Both the position numbers and the translations under genes were made by a program. This document shows positions 36,571 to 48,303 of a stretch of 64,000 nucleotides of DNA, in pieces. The notes beneath the pieces are model-generated. The model was not told the DNA's origin. It worked only from the letters and a program-made list of their open reading frames with translations, and did no database searches. Numbering within the stretch: the stretch's first letter is position 1; each line of letters begins with the position of its first letter. The stretch lies in contig NC_043021.1 of assembly GCF_006345805.1 (NCBI RefSeq), positions 11,408,001 through 11,472,000 of the forward strand, given 5' to 3'. This DNA comes from Octopus sinensis. Taxonomy: Eukaryota.

Positions 36571-37387
36571 TAACTTCCAACTCCAAAATGTAAGCTCCCT
36601 TCCCTAGCCTTGCGATGTGCCCCTCCATTCTCCCTCTCCTACAATGTACTTTTACTTCTCCCAACCAGTGTGCGCACCTAGAGTGTTGCTGCCTGGGGTA
36701 ACCCGAGAGCTTTCGCCTCCCCCAACCCGCGAACCTCCTCTCCTAACACCCACCTCGACCCGCACACACACCTGCCCCCACCCTACCCTATGCAGACTTA
36801 TATAGCAGACCCAAAAGTGTTGGCCCTACAAAAGCGTCACTCCATAGAGAAGACTTCCCCATCGCCCTCTCCTCTATCTATACAACTGCTTCCAGCCCTA
36901 AAAAATGAGTGCCCCCTTTTCTCAATCTAAAAATAAGCGCCCCAAAATCCTAGTCCTACAATGTAGTCGCTCTTCTTCCAGTCCTATATTGTATTAATCT
37001 TTTTTTTTTTTCGTGTAAATTCCTTGAGGCGCCCTGCCTCTTTACACTTGCAGAAAAATGCAGTTGAAAACATCATAATTACATATATAAATTATCGTGC
37101 CGGGTTGAATATGTAGCTGTGAGAACAGCTATGCGTCGAGAGCAAACTTCACCAAGGACCAAATTCACTCTCCCCTTTTAGCATTAAAATGAGCTATATT
37201 TGTAGGCCTTATTCACAAAAATCCTAGTCATGCCGCCAGACTATCACGTAAACAAAAGAATTGATTGAATTGAAATGGGGTTTTCACACATAATGAACTC
37301 GTGATTTCCATATGGCCACACTTGGGGTCGAATCCAATTGTTATGCTATCAACTTTTTATTTATTATTTTATGGCAAAAATGAATTA

Positions 37388-37947
37388 TTGGGTCGTTCAG
37401 AAAGTTTGTCCCGATTTTTAAAGGAAAGAAAAAGGTCAATAAATACTTGCCATTACATTTTTAATCAACCAGATATGAACCATTATGTTGCACAATGCGT
37501 CTCCATCTTTCCTTTAACTTGAAAATACCCTCTTCCCAGAATTGAGGTGGCTTCATGGCAAAGAATTCATCAAGGTATCTTTTTACGTCATTCAAGAAAT
37601 TTTTACCATTAAGACTATTCTGCAGAGACCTGAATAAGTGGAAATCCAAAGGAGCAATATCTGGTGAATATGGAAGATGGGGTAACACATCCCAGCCGAG
37701 CTGCAGCAATTCTTGTCTGGTTCCCAAAGCATCAAGTGCTGAAAATGAACTTTCTTATCTTCCATTTTAAATGGTTACAAAATTAACACAGGTTATAGGA
37801 ACATAAACCTTCTTCCACGAAAAGATAGTTTAAACTGTGCTCTAAATGAAGGTGTAGTCAAATCCTATTTTATGGACTCAACTATATTCTAAAATAAGAC
37901 GAAAGGTAATCTACAATAAATCGGCACGAACTTTCTGGACAGCCCAA
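37388..37947 (-). mobile_element. Internally deleted mariner element (560 bp)
   Basis: ~30-bp TIRs with TA TSDs; N-terminus MEDKKVHFQHLMLW joined to C-terminus GWDVLPHLPYSPDIAPLDFHLFRSLQNSL...WRRIVQHNGSYLVD. Confidence 0.9.
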
Positions 37948-38356
37948 TATTTACCTCGTATCTGTTACGAGCATACGTGGCAAAATAAGTTGAGAGGCCG
38001 TGAAAAAAAAACTATATGTAGTAAGTTCTACACATCGTTTTCATGTTATGTCTTGTGGGCTGCCTTGATTAGCGTTGAGTAGGAAAAGGAAACTAATCAC
38101 AATATACCTGTAAAGGTATGTTTTCGAACAGATATCGGTATTGGGACGATTTTCTGGAGATCAACACTGTTTGAAAGATACAGAAAGTATTTGTCTTATT
38201 GATATTTCCACTGAACATCCTGATCCTTTCTTGTCACTGGAATATCGAAGCTGATAGCTAGGGAATAGAATCAGTGTTGTACAAATATCTTCAGTCGCAT
38301 AGCTAGCTCTGCTTCAGGTGACGCTTTTATGGAAGTGACATTTTGGGGCTTGTATA

Positions 38357-38850
38357 CCGTAAATCCTCGAGTATAACCCGAATTTTTCCCCAAAAAATTT
38401 AAAGGTCAAAATCCCTAGTGCGTACTATATACAAGGTTAAAAATAGAAAATATTTTCTAAGCAATGTCCAAGTCTCTATTTGCTGTCTGGCTATGTTTAT
38501 TCAGACGTATTTTGTGATGTCGGGCACGAAAATACCTTAAGCTAAGCCTGAAAGCAATGAAGTCATAAAAGAATCATCCATAACTTGCAGTAAGCAACAT
38601 TTATTAAACGTTATTTTTTATTTTCTGCAAACAAAATGCACAAAAAAGCTACGTTTGCATTATGTCATATATACAATAATAATAAAGAACGTTATCGTGT
38701 ATAATTTTACAAACCAAGGACGTTATATAGACTTCCTTGACTCAAGTTAGAGAAGGGGTGCGTATTAGGTTTAGGTTTTTCAGAGGTACAGCCCCCCCAA
38801 AATCTTCTGCGTATTATACTCAAGGGCGGACTATACTCGAGGATTTACGG
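38357..38850. mobile_element. Tc1/mariner(pogo)-type MITE, copy 2
   Basis: Same TIR and TA TSD as 34935-35446. Confidence 0.9.
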
Positions 38851-38890
38851 TAGGTTATATGCTGTATAGGCCAGGTGGGAAGGGGTGCTA

Positions 38891-39439
38891 GATAGAAAAC
38901 TCATATTTATATAGTATGTAAAACGATGCGTAGAACTTACATATAGTTCTGGTTTTTTTTTTTACGATCTCTCAACGTATTTTGCCACATATATTCATAA
39001 CAGACACGAGGTAAATAAAACAACACTCGTTCTGCATTATCACCCGAATTTCTTGTTGGTGAGTCTGTATCAACAGTATTCGATCCCATGTTTTTTGTCA
39101 CATAGAAATCATAATTCGATCGTGTGCACAAACCCAATTGTTATCCAATCAACGGCAGTTGATCATATGATAGATAGCTCACATCATTTGTGTGTAATAC
39201 CAGATAAGAAGCAGGAGGAAAAAATACAAGAGTATATGGTTGGATTTTATTGTTGAGAGGTGGACCTACGTACGATAGATGGTTAGAGGAAACAGGTATC
39301 GATGTGTTGAAAGGTTCAGGATTTAAAAAGTAGAAAATGAGGCCACTCGTAAGTGGGGCGAGTGGTTCCATTTCCATTTTTCTTTATATGTAAGTACTAC
39401 GCATCGTTTTACATATTATATAAATATGAGTTTTCTATC
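38891..39439. repeat. Fold-back element with 55-bp arms and ~440-bp spacer
   Basis: 38891-38945 is the reverse complement of 39385-39439; a partial third arm lies at ~38012-38045. Confidence 0.8.
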
Positions 39440-39620
39440 CAACAACAGGCGTCTTTCGACTGAGAACGAATCAAAATGAGCTGGCGTGTATGGAGTGAAA
39501 GCCTAAAGGCAGGAACATAGGAGACGGACATAAAGAGAGAATGAGTAAGCAAAACAGGTGGTCTCCCTATAGAACATTTAATTTATAATTCCAACTTAGT
39601 GCAGAGTAATAGTAAACAAT

Positions 39621-40036
39621 AGGAGTAGGAGTGGCTATGGTAAGTAGCTTGCTTAGGAACCACATGGTTTAGGGTTCAGTCCCACTGCGTAGCACCTTGG
39701 GCAAGTGTCTTCTACTATAGCCTCAGGCCGACCAAAGTCTCGTGAGTGGATTTGGTAGACGAGAAACTGAAAGAAGCCTATCATATATATGTATATATAT
39801 ATATACATATATGTATGTGTGTGTGTGTGTATGTTTGTGTGTCTGTGTTTGTGCCCCCAACATCGCTTGACAACCGATGCTGGTGTGTTTACGTTCCCGT
39901 AACTTAGCGGTTCGGCAAAAGATATCCGATAGAATAAGTACTAGGCTGACAAAGAATAAGTCCTGGGTTGATTTGCTCGACTAAAGGCGGTGCTCCAGCA
40001 TGGCCACAGTCAAATGCCTGAAACAAGTAAAAGAGT
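39621..40036 (+). mobile_element. SINE family A
   Basis: Similarity to the family A unit. Confidence 0.85.
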
Positions 40037-40597
40037 AATAATAACAATAACACTTGGATGGAATTTTATAAGCATTTAATGCACTGCTACGCACGTTTCC
40101 ACAAACCACATTTCTTAAAATCACAGCCCATATTCCTAAAAGGATTGCAGTGTAGTGTGTAGTATCAGCAGGCATCAGTTTGATCATCTTCATGGATTCA
40201 TTACTTCGGGCGATATAACATTAATGGATGACCAGTGTGAAGGTTGATATCTCAATCAGCCTTCACACTGGTCAAAAGAGATAAACAGCCCTCTGTTAAA
40301 CATACATTAATGTTCTATCACCTGAAGTAATGAATCTATGAAGATGATCAACCCGATGCACATGGACACTATGGACTCCACTGTGATCATCCCAGGAATA
40401 CGGACTATGATCTTAAGAGACAAGTAATTCGTGGAAATGCGCGTAGCGATGCATTAAATGTTTATAAATTCCATCCACGGATTACTGTTATCATTATTAT
40501 TATTATTATTATTACTATTATTATTATTATTATTACTATTATTATTATTATTATTACTATTATTATTATTATTATTACTATTATTATTATTATTATT

Positions 40598-41150
40598 GAG
40601 TGAGCGAGCAGAGCATGCCATCAAAGTGACACTGGGGTAAAATATACGAAGCCCAGTATACCCATCATGACTACCCGTCTGATAAGGGTACACAAGGCAC
40701 ATGCATCACAACCATATGTGCGCGACATGGTGATCTCATATCAAGATAAACAGCACATGACCTTGCAGGTGGAGCCCAGTTAGAATTTTCTTCAGATCGA
40801 GTAACCCATCCTGCTCAAAAGGTCCCTGAATAAGGGTTGTTTAAGGACGTTGAACGAAACACCCATGTTTCCAGAGGTGAATTATTCAAACCCCAAAGAA
40901 TCCTTCTCAACACATGGCTATGATGCTCCCCCACTACTTCTGCTCGTGATCAGAGATGCACATATCGTCAGCCACTAAGGGACATGCTCAACTGGTTAGG
41001 GTCAAGCAACTGACAAGCAAATCTGTGGTATTGAGCAGAATATTTGCTGTAGCCCATCTTTTATACCAAGACAAAACAATGTACATGATAACACTTCCAA
41101 TCAGTTAAGATCAGAAGCCATGAGAGCCACTGCCTGGTACTGCATCAGGG

Positions 41151-41152
<2 letters not shown>
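40598..41152. mobile_element. Unclassified ~550-bp insert bounded by long (TTA)n tracts
   Basis: Complex sequence flanked by (TTA)n at 40490-40597 and 41153-41315. Confidence 0.4.
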
Positions 41153-41188
<36 letters not shown>

Positions 41189-41254
41189 TATTATTATTAT
41201 TATTATTATTATTACTACTACTACTACTATTATTATTATTATTATTATTATTGC

Positions 41255-41315
<61 letters not shown>

Positions 41316-41826
41316 TAACCTACATTTTATCAGTATAGCTCGATGCAGCCCGCCAAAACTGGTTCACCAGTCAGAATCATAAGACTGTGGCCAGCATAAT
41401 GGAATAAGAGTTTTATTTGCATATTCAAGCATTTCCCGTAAAATAATTCAAAAGACGCGCGCACACATGAGTGCGTGCGCGCGTGTGTAGTGTACGAAAG
41501 AGGATTTGTAAAATCCAGACAGTTTTCTCTGTAATCATGTGAATACTGGCTAACAGGATGTATGAAAGGGAATATATTTTCATCAGTCGTTGAGTACAAT
41601 ATAACAAGTAAAAAAATTATGGTGTTGGGGGGAATACTGATATCACGTTTGATTTTATGCTGCAATCGTTACGACGACAGATTTGTCATCTAAATCGTTT
41701 AACATGATAGTGGAAAACATGTAGCCATAATTGAAAACAAAAACTGAATAATTTGAAGCTACAGTACGTGCAAACCAAGATTGTATGACCAAATCAATAG
41801 AGAAGCACTTGGGTGAATACCGTTAC

Positions 41827-42238
41827 GGTATCTTTTCGGTTTGAACGGCAGTTTTTAACATAATTTCTAGGTAACTAAACACTTTTAAACTTCGTATACT
41901 GGTAGAATGTGTTTATAAAACATCTTTTTCTCTTGGCTTTATTGAGAAAATTCTATAGTTTGTAAGATATTTGTTGTTGTTTTTTCTTCAATTTCAACCA
42001 ATCAATAACGTCTATTGAGGTAAAAAAAAAAAACATTCTGTGCCGCATGAATATGTCCCTCGTTTAAGAAACAGATTGGGTTTATTTACATTTGTGAAGA
42101 AAAAAAAGAAAACCCTTCCCCCTACCCCTAACCCTAAAACAGATTGAAATGCAATAGATCAATACTAGGGTCATAATTATGGGTGACATTTTCATATGAC
42201 ACCGCTAGAAAAAACTGCCGTTCAAACCGAAAAGATCC
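41827..42238. mobile_element. TIR element (~30-bp TIR) flanked by ~130-bp direct repeats
   Basis: ATCTTTTCGGTTTGAACGGCAGTTTTT and AAAAACTGCCGTTCAAACCGAAAAGAT. Confidence 0.75.
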
Positions 42239-43065
42239 AAATCGTTTAACATGATAGTGTAAAACATGTAGCCATAAATAAAAACAAAAACTGAATAATT
42301 TGAAGCTACATTACGTGCAAACCACTTATATCGTTTTGTCAAATATAATAATATCGTTTTTGTTAAATATAATAATAATGACCAAATCAATAGAGAAGCA
42401 CTTGGGTGAATATAGTTACGTATAAGCAATAGGTGGAAGAAGCTTTATAGTGTTGTAGTGAGGAAACAATCACTTTGATGGAGGAATAAAGTGACACAAA
42501 GGACAAAATGTGGTTCAGCGAAGGCTGATTGAGATATCAACCTTCACACTGGTCATCCATTAATGTTATATCGCCTGAAGAAATGAATCCATGAAGATGA
42601 TCAAACTGATGCCTGTTGATACTACACACTACACTGTAATCCTTTTAGGAATATGGGCTGTGATTTTAAGAAATGTGGTTTGTGGAAACGTGCGTAGCAG
42701 TGCATTAAATGTTTATAAATTCCAACCAAGTGTTATTGTTATTATTACTCTTTTACTTGTTTCGGTCATTTGACTGCGGCCATGCTTTTAGTCAAGCAAA
42801 TCAACCTCAGGACTTATTCTTTGTCAGCCTAGTACTTATTCTATCGGTCTCTTTGAGGACATAAAAGAGTGAGAGTAGATTTCCTATGAGTAGTTGACCT
42901 AAAAAAATAGTGAAAGTAAATTTCGATAGAAACTGGAAGTGACAACAGTGACATCCCATAATTTCATGTGAAGAATATCTGTTATAAAGCCAATGTTTAA
43001 AAAGGTATATATATATATATATATTCGATATCGGTGCAGGTGTGGCTGTGTGGTAAGAAGCTTGT

Positions 43066-43483
43066 GGTAAGGCGGCAAGCTGGCAGAAATGTTAGCACGC
43101 CAGGCAGAATGCTTAGCGGTATTTCGTCTGCCGTTACGTTCTGAGTTCAAATTCCGCCGAGGTCGGCTTTGCCTTTCATCCTTTCGGGGTCGATCAATTA
43201 AGTACCAGTTACACACTGGGGTCGATGTAATCGACTTAATCCGTTTGTCTGTCCTTGTTTGTCCTCTCTGTGTTTAGCCCCTTGTGGGTCGTAAAGAAAC
43301 AGGTATTTCGTCTGCCGTTACGTTCTGAGTTCAAATTCCGCCGAGGTCGACTTTGCCTTTCATCCTTTCGGGGTCGATAAATTAAGTGCCAGTTATGCAC
43401 TGGTGTCGATGTAATCGACTTAATCCCTTTGTCTGTCTTTGTTTGTCCCCTCTATGTTTTGCCCCTCATGGGCAATAAAGAAA
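43066..43483 (+). mobile_element. SINE family B dimer inserted in a family A head
   Basis: 12-bp TSD TAAGAAGCTTGT at 43054-43065 and 43484-43495. Confidence 0.85.
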
Positions 43484-43677
43484 TAAGAAGCTTGTTTCTC
43501 AACCACATGGTCCCAGGTTCAGTCCCACTGCGTGGCCCCTTGGGCGAGTGTCTTCTACTATAGACTCCAGGCCAACTGAAGCCTTGTGAGTGGATTTGGT
43601 AGACGGAAACTGAAAGAATCCCATTGTGTGTGTGTGTGTTTGTGTATGAAGATATATTATGTTGTTTCCACAGACGC

Positions 43678-44075
43678 CTATCAAACCTACCAAAAGCACT
43701 ACTAGCCCTTTTGAAATTTCATCATCAAGACTAGCAGTACTCTAGGTACTTCCTAAATAAATAAATCTAGGTACAGTCTCCAACCTTTGACTATTCACAG
43801 TTATAAAAGGTTCCACATACATCTTGGAGGGAGTGGGCTGGTACATTATAAAAGTGTTTTTTAGCTTGATATTAGACCCAATGCTGCATATGCTGCAGAA
43901 ATCGCATTCACCATGTGCTGCATATCTTTCTGAGAATGTGCCAACAGGTCACAATCATCTGCATACAGAAACTCAACAAGGTGAGAATGCAGAACTTCCG
44001 TTTTGGCACAGAGTCTTTTGAGATTGAACAGTTTTCCTATTGTCCAATATCTTATATAGACCCCTTCAGGGCAAT
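43678..44075 (-). pseudogene. RTE-clade LINE reverse transcriptase fragment
   Basis: GVYIRY..GKLFNL..EFLYADDCDLLAHS; downstream RFIYLGST and RASSAFGR motifs. Confidence 0.85.
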
Positions 44076-44084
44076 GTTTAAAAT

Positions 44085-44697
44085 GACATGGATGCACCCT
44101 GGTTCTAAGAAATGGCATCTAATAAATTACACCCTCACCAGGAAATGAGATACTTAGGACTTTGTTATTGTACGAATGATGCTTGGTGCAGAGTGTTGGA
44201 CTGATCATAGGTTTTTGTGTGCCAAGGTGAATTTTGTTGTCAAGCCTAAGATTTAGAGCAAATAATGACAAATTACCTAAACGGATTGATGTCAATAAAC
44301 TTAAGACTCCGTCAGTACGCAGTGAATTTGTGAGTGAGATAAATAATTTGTCCTGTGATGGAAGCTGGAAGTCATTCAAAGAAAGAGTGTATGAGATTTG
44401 TAGTAAAATTCTTGACTTTGTTGTAAAAAACCACCAAGATTGGTTTGACGATAATGATGAAGAAGTTAATCTTATCTTAGAGGAGAAGCAAAAGGCATTT
44501 AACATGTTGCAAAATATTGATTTGTCAATGAACAAGATAGTGGCTTCATATTTCAAGGCAGTAAAAGTAACAGTGCAGAGAAAGCTATGGCTGATGCAGG
44601 AAATTTGGTGGAGTGATAGATGTGATGAAATCCAAGAGGCTTCAAATGCTAACAATTCCAAACTTTTTCACCCTCTCTTGAAAAAATTTTATGGACA
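44085..44697 (+). pseudogene. RTE-clade LINE AP-endonuclease end plus linker, inverted relative to the RT piece
   Basis: WMHPGSKKWHLINYTL, GAECWTDHR, NHQDWFDDND, WWSDRCDEIQEAS...KKFYG. Confidence 0.85.
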
Positions 44698-45834
44698 TAC
44701 ATACATACATACAAACCCTGTTTTTGATGTTGAAATTCCAATGAAGGAACCTTGGACCTAGGTTAGTAACCAGCTCTTATTCTATTGGCAAGAAATCTTG
44801 GAATAAGTACATACATACATGCATACATACATACATACATATGCATGAGAAGACATACATAAAACAAAACAAATGAATTTGCACATATACATATATACAT
44901 ACATACATACTTACATACATCATACATACATACACATATACATACTTACATCATACACGCATACATACATATATACAAACACTGTTTTTGATGTTGAAAT
45001 TCCAATGAAGGAGCCTTGGACTTAGGTTAGTAACTAGCTCTTACTCTTTTGGTAAGAAATCTTGGAATAAAACTGAATAAGTACATGCATACATACACAC
45101 ATACATACATATGCATGTGAAGACATACATAAAACAAAACATACAAATTTCCACATATACATACATACATACATACATACATACATACATACATACATAC
45201 ATACATACATACACACACGGTGGCATTAAGCCGTTTGATCCACTAGAAATACCAACCAAATTTCCTTGTAATTACATTCTACCGCCTTACGAAAAATATG
45301 CATATAATAACTCCTTAAGTGTAAGGTGCAGTATATCTGAATAAATTATATATAGGATGGTCACCGTGGCTAGCAAACCTTCGATTCTATTTCTGCTTAA
45401 TCAGGTTGACCTTGAGTTAAGCGAACACAATTACAAAACCAATTTCACATGGCTATGAAATCTTAATATTTTCATTTCCGTTGAATTGTTGTTGCTTTTT
45501 GTTTTGGCATTTTTCTCACAAATACATGTTTTTTTTTGTGTGTGTGTGTGTTTTTTTTTCTTTTCAATCGTTTGTACGAAAATAGACATCTGATATATTT
45601 TGGGATGGAGTTGATTGACAGGATCTGGTAGTAGAGTATTGCTAGAGAATATATTTTACATTTCTGTATATTTATATTTTAGAGCTTAAATCCTGGTTCC
45701 CAGGTTCAGTCCCAAATCATGGCACTTTGGTTGAGTGTGTCTGCTATATAGCCCCAATCCGATCAAAGCCTTGTGAGTGGATTTGGTGGAGAAAAACTGG
45801 AAGAAACATGTTGCTTGTGTTGTGTATATATACA

Positions 45835-45905
<71 letters not shown>

Positions 45906-45927
45906 AGTTTGCATAAATATGTGTGTA

Positions 45928-47221
45928 CGAGGGGCATTCAATAAGTAATGCCCCTGACCCACTTCCCATAGCAGTAGAGCAACGAAACTTGGCACAGTTA
46001 TTAGTCTTTTTCTACATAGGGACCAACAAGAGTTACGCATTTCTCCCATCGTTTGATGCAGCTCTGGAGACCGTTTTTGTAGAAGACCCCAGCTTGGTCC
46101 TCCAACCACGACGTGACTTCAGAAATCAAGGCTGCATCATCTGGGAAACGTTTTCCTTTCAAAAACAACTTCATGGCTGGAAAGAGGTGAAAATCAGAGG
46201 GTGCAAGGTCAGGAGAGTAGGGGGGATGGGGAGGAGTTCATAGCCGCATGCCTGTGCTTCTGATCTGGCGACACGCGAGTTGTGGACTGGAGTGTTGTCC
46301 TGCAGGAAGAGGATGCCTTTGCTGATCTTGCCCCGCCTCTTGATTTTGATAATTTCTCTTAATTTCCTCAAAAGTGAAGCATAATAGGCTCCTGTAATTG
46401 TGGTACCCTTTACCAGGAAATCTGTCATCACTACTCCGTCCTGGTCCCAGAAGACTGTGAGCATGACCTTGCCAGCAGAGGGCTGCACTCTTGCCTTCTT
46501 TGGAGGAGGTGAGTCACGGTGCTTCCACTGCATTGACTGGGCTTTGGTCTCTGGATCATAGTGATGGACCCAGGTTTCATCCTGTGTAATCAGTCTTTTG
46601 AAAAATTTTGACTCATCTTCTTGGCACATCTCCAAATTCATCCTCAAGCACTTGACGCGTTCTTGCTTCTGGAAACTGTGAGCAACCTGGGAATCCATCT
46701 GGCAGACACCTTTTGCATATGCAAATGGTCATGAATGATAGTTTTGAGAGACCCGGTACTAATCTTGACCTCATGGGCTATTTGGCGAATAGTTATGCGT
46801 CGATCTTCCAAAATGGCAGCCTCAACTTGACGGACAGATGCCTCATCAATGGCAGAAGGGGGGGGGGCACCAGATCTGGGAGCTGTTTCCACAGAGTTCC
46901 GACCGTGTTTGAATTCACGATGCCAGCGTTTTACAAGGTCATATGATGGGGCATCATCACCATAAGTTACTTTCATTTCATCAAAAGTCTCCCGTGGTGT
47001 GCGTCCTTTCAAATACAAAAACTGGATCACTGCTCGACACTCAACAGGCTCCATTTCACACTTGACTCAATTCAAACACCTGTAAATCAGAAACCACAAT
47101 TAGTTCAGAGCTGTAATTTGCCACTTAATCTATAGTGATATAAATAATTGCACATGAAAAGTTTCAGCTAGATCAAACTACTGCAAGTGGGTCAGGGGCA
47201 TTACTTATTGAATGTCCCTCG
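45928..47221 (-). mobile_element. Full-length mariner transposon (1294 bp, 37-bp TIRs with 1 mismatch, TA TSD)
   Basis: TIR CGAGGGGCATTCAATAAGTAATGCCCCTGACCCACTT at both ends. Confidence 0.95.
46001..47054 (-). pseudogene. DD34D mariner transposase with two frameshifts
   Basis: MEPVECRAVIQFL..WIPRLLT / ITQDETWVHHYDPE..LQDNTPVH / HPPYSPDLAPSDF..EKD*; 34 residues between the 2nd and 3rd Asp after frameshift repair. Confidence 0.92.
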
Positions 47222-47232
47222 TATATAGTTTA

Positions 47233-48303
47233 AGACCCGGTCACGAAAACAGAAAAAAAAAAGCCTACTAGGTGTAAAAAGATGTGTAGAAAACGAATAT
47301 GGAAATAAAAAATTGCGCAAACGAACGGGGTGGGGTGGAGAGAGGACTTTCGGAAAATTCACAAGATTTGATTTTTCCTTCATAACTTTCAGGGAAATGG
47401 ATATATATTACTGAAATTTTCGTTCAAATGGCACAGATTACGATTATAAAGAAATTTTTTTGGGGAAAATGTTTTCTGAAGGGGTAGGGAGAGCATTTCA
47501 GAAGATTCACGCAATTCGATTTTTCTCTCCATAACTTTCAGGATCTAGTTTAGCACCCGGTCATCAAAATGGAAAACAACCAAGCTACTAGGTGTAAAAA
47601 ATAACGCGTATAAAAACGAATATGAAAGAAAAAATTTGCGCCATTGAACGGGGAATGGCTGGGGAGAGGACTTCGGGAAAATTCACACGATCCGATTTTC
47701 CCCTCATAACTTTCAGGAAAATGGATATCTTTTGATGAAATTTTACAGAAACACCTTTCAAACAGCATAGATTACGATTATAAAGAAATCTGTGGTGAAA
47801 ATATTTTCCTGAAAGTTATGAGGGAAAAAATCGGATTGTATGAATTTTCCGAAAATCCCCTCCCCACATCACCCCCGTTCATTTGGCAAATTTTTGTTTT
47901 TATATTCGTTTTCTATACGTCTTTTGATACCTATCTGACTAGTTTTTTTTTTATCGTTTTGGTGACCAGATGCTAAACTTGATCCTGAATGTTATGAGGG
48001 GAAAAAACAGCTCGTGTGTATTTTCTGACAGTCTTCTCCCTACAGGCTCGGAAAACATTTTCCCCAATAATTTCTTTATAATCGTAATCTGTGCCATTTG
48101 AACGGTATTTCTATAAAATTTCATTAATACATATCCATTTTCCTGAAAGTTATGAGGGAAAAATCGGATCTCGGGAATTTTCGGAAAATCCTCTCCCGAC
48201 CTACCCTCGTTCATTTGCACAAATTTTTGTTTCCATATTCGTTTTCTATACATTTTTTAACACCTAGTAGGCTGGGTTTTTTTTCTTTTTCGTAACTGGG
48301 TCT
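47233..48303. mobile_element. Fold-back non-autonomous element, Kolobok-like (AGACCC..GGGTCT, TTAA-like flanks), arms built of tandem ~320-bp subrepeats
   Basis: Termini AGACCCGGTCACGAAAA and TTTTCGTAACTGGGTCT; two direct units followed by two inverted units. Confidence 0.65.

Noticed and set aside
38130-38260. Possible second + exon (ISVLGRFSGDQHCLKD...)
   Set aside because: Weak acceptor, no recognisable homology, and it lies between repeat arms
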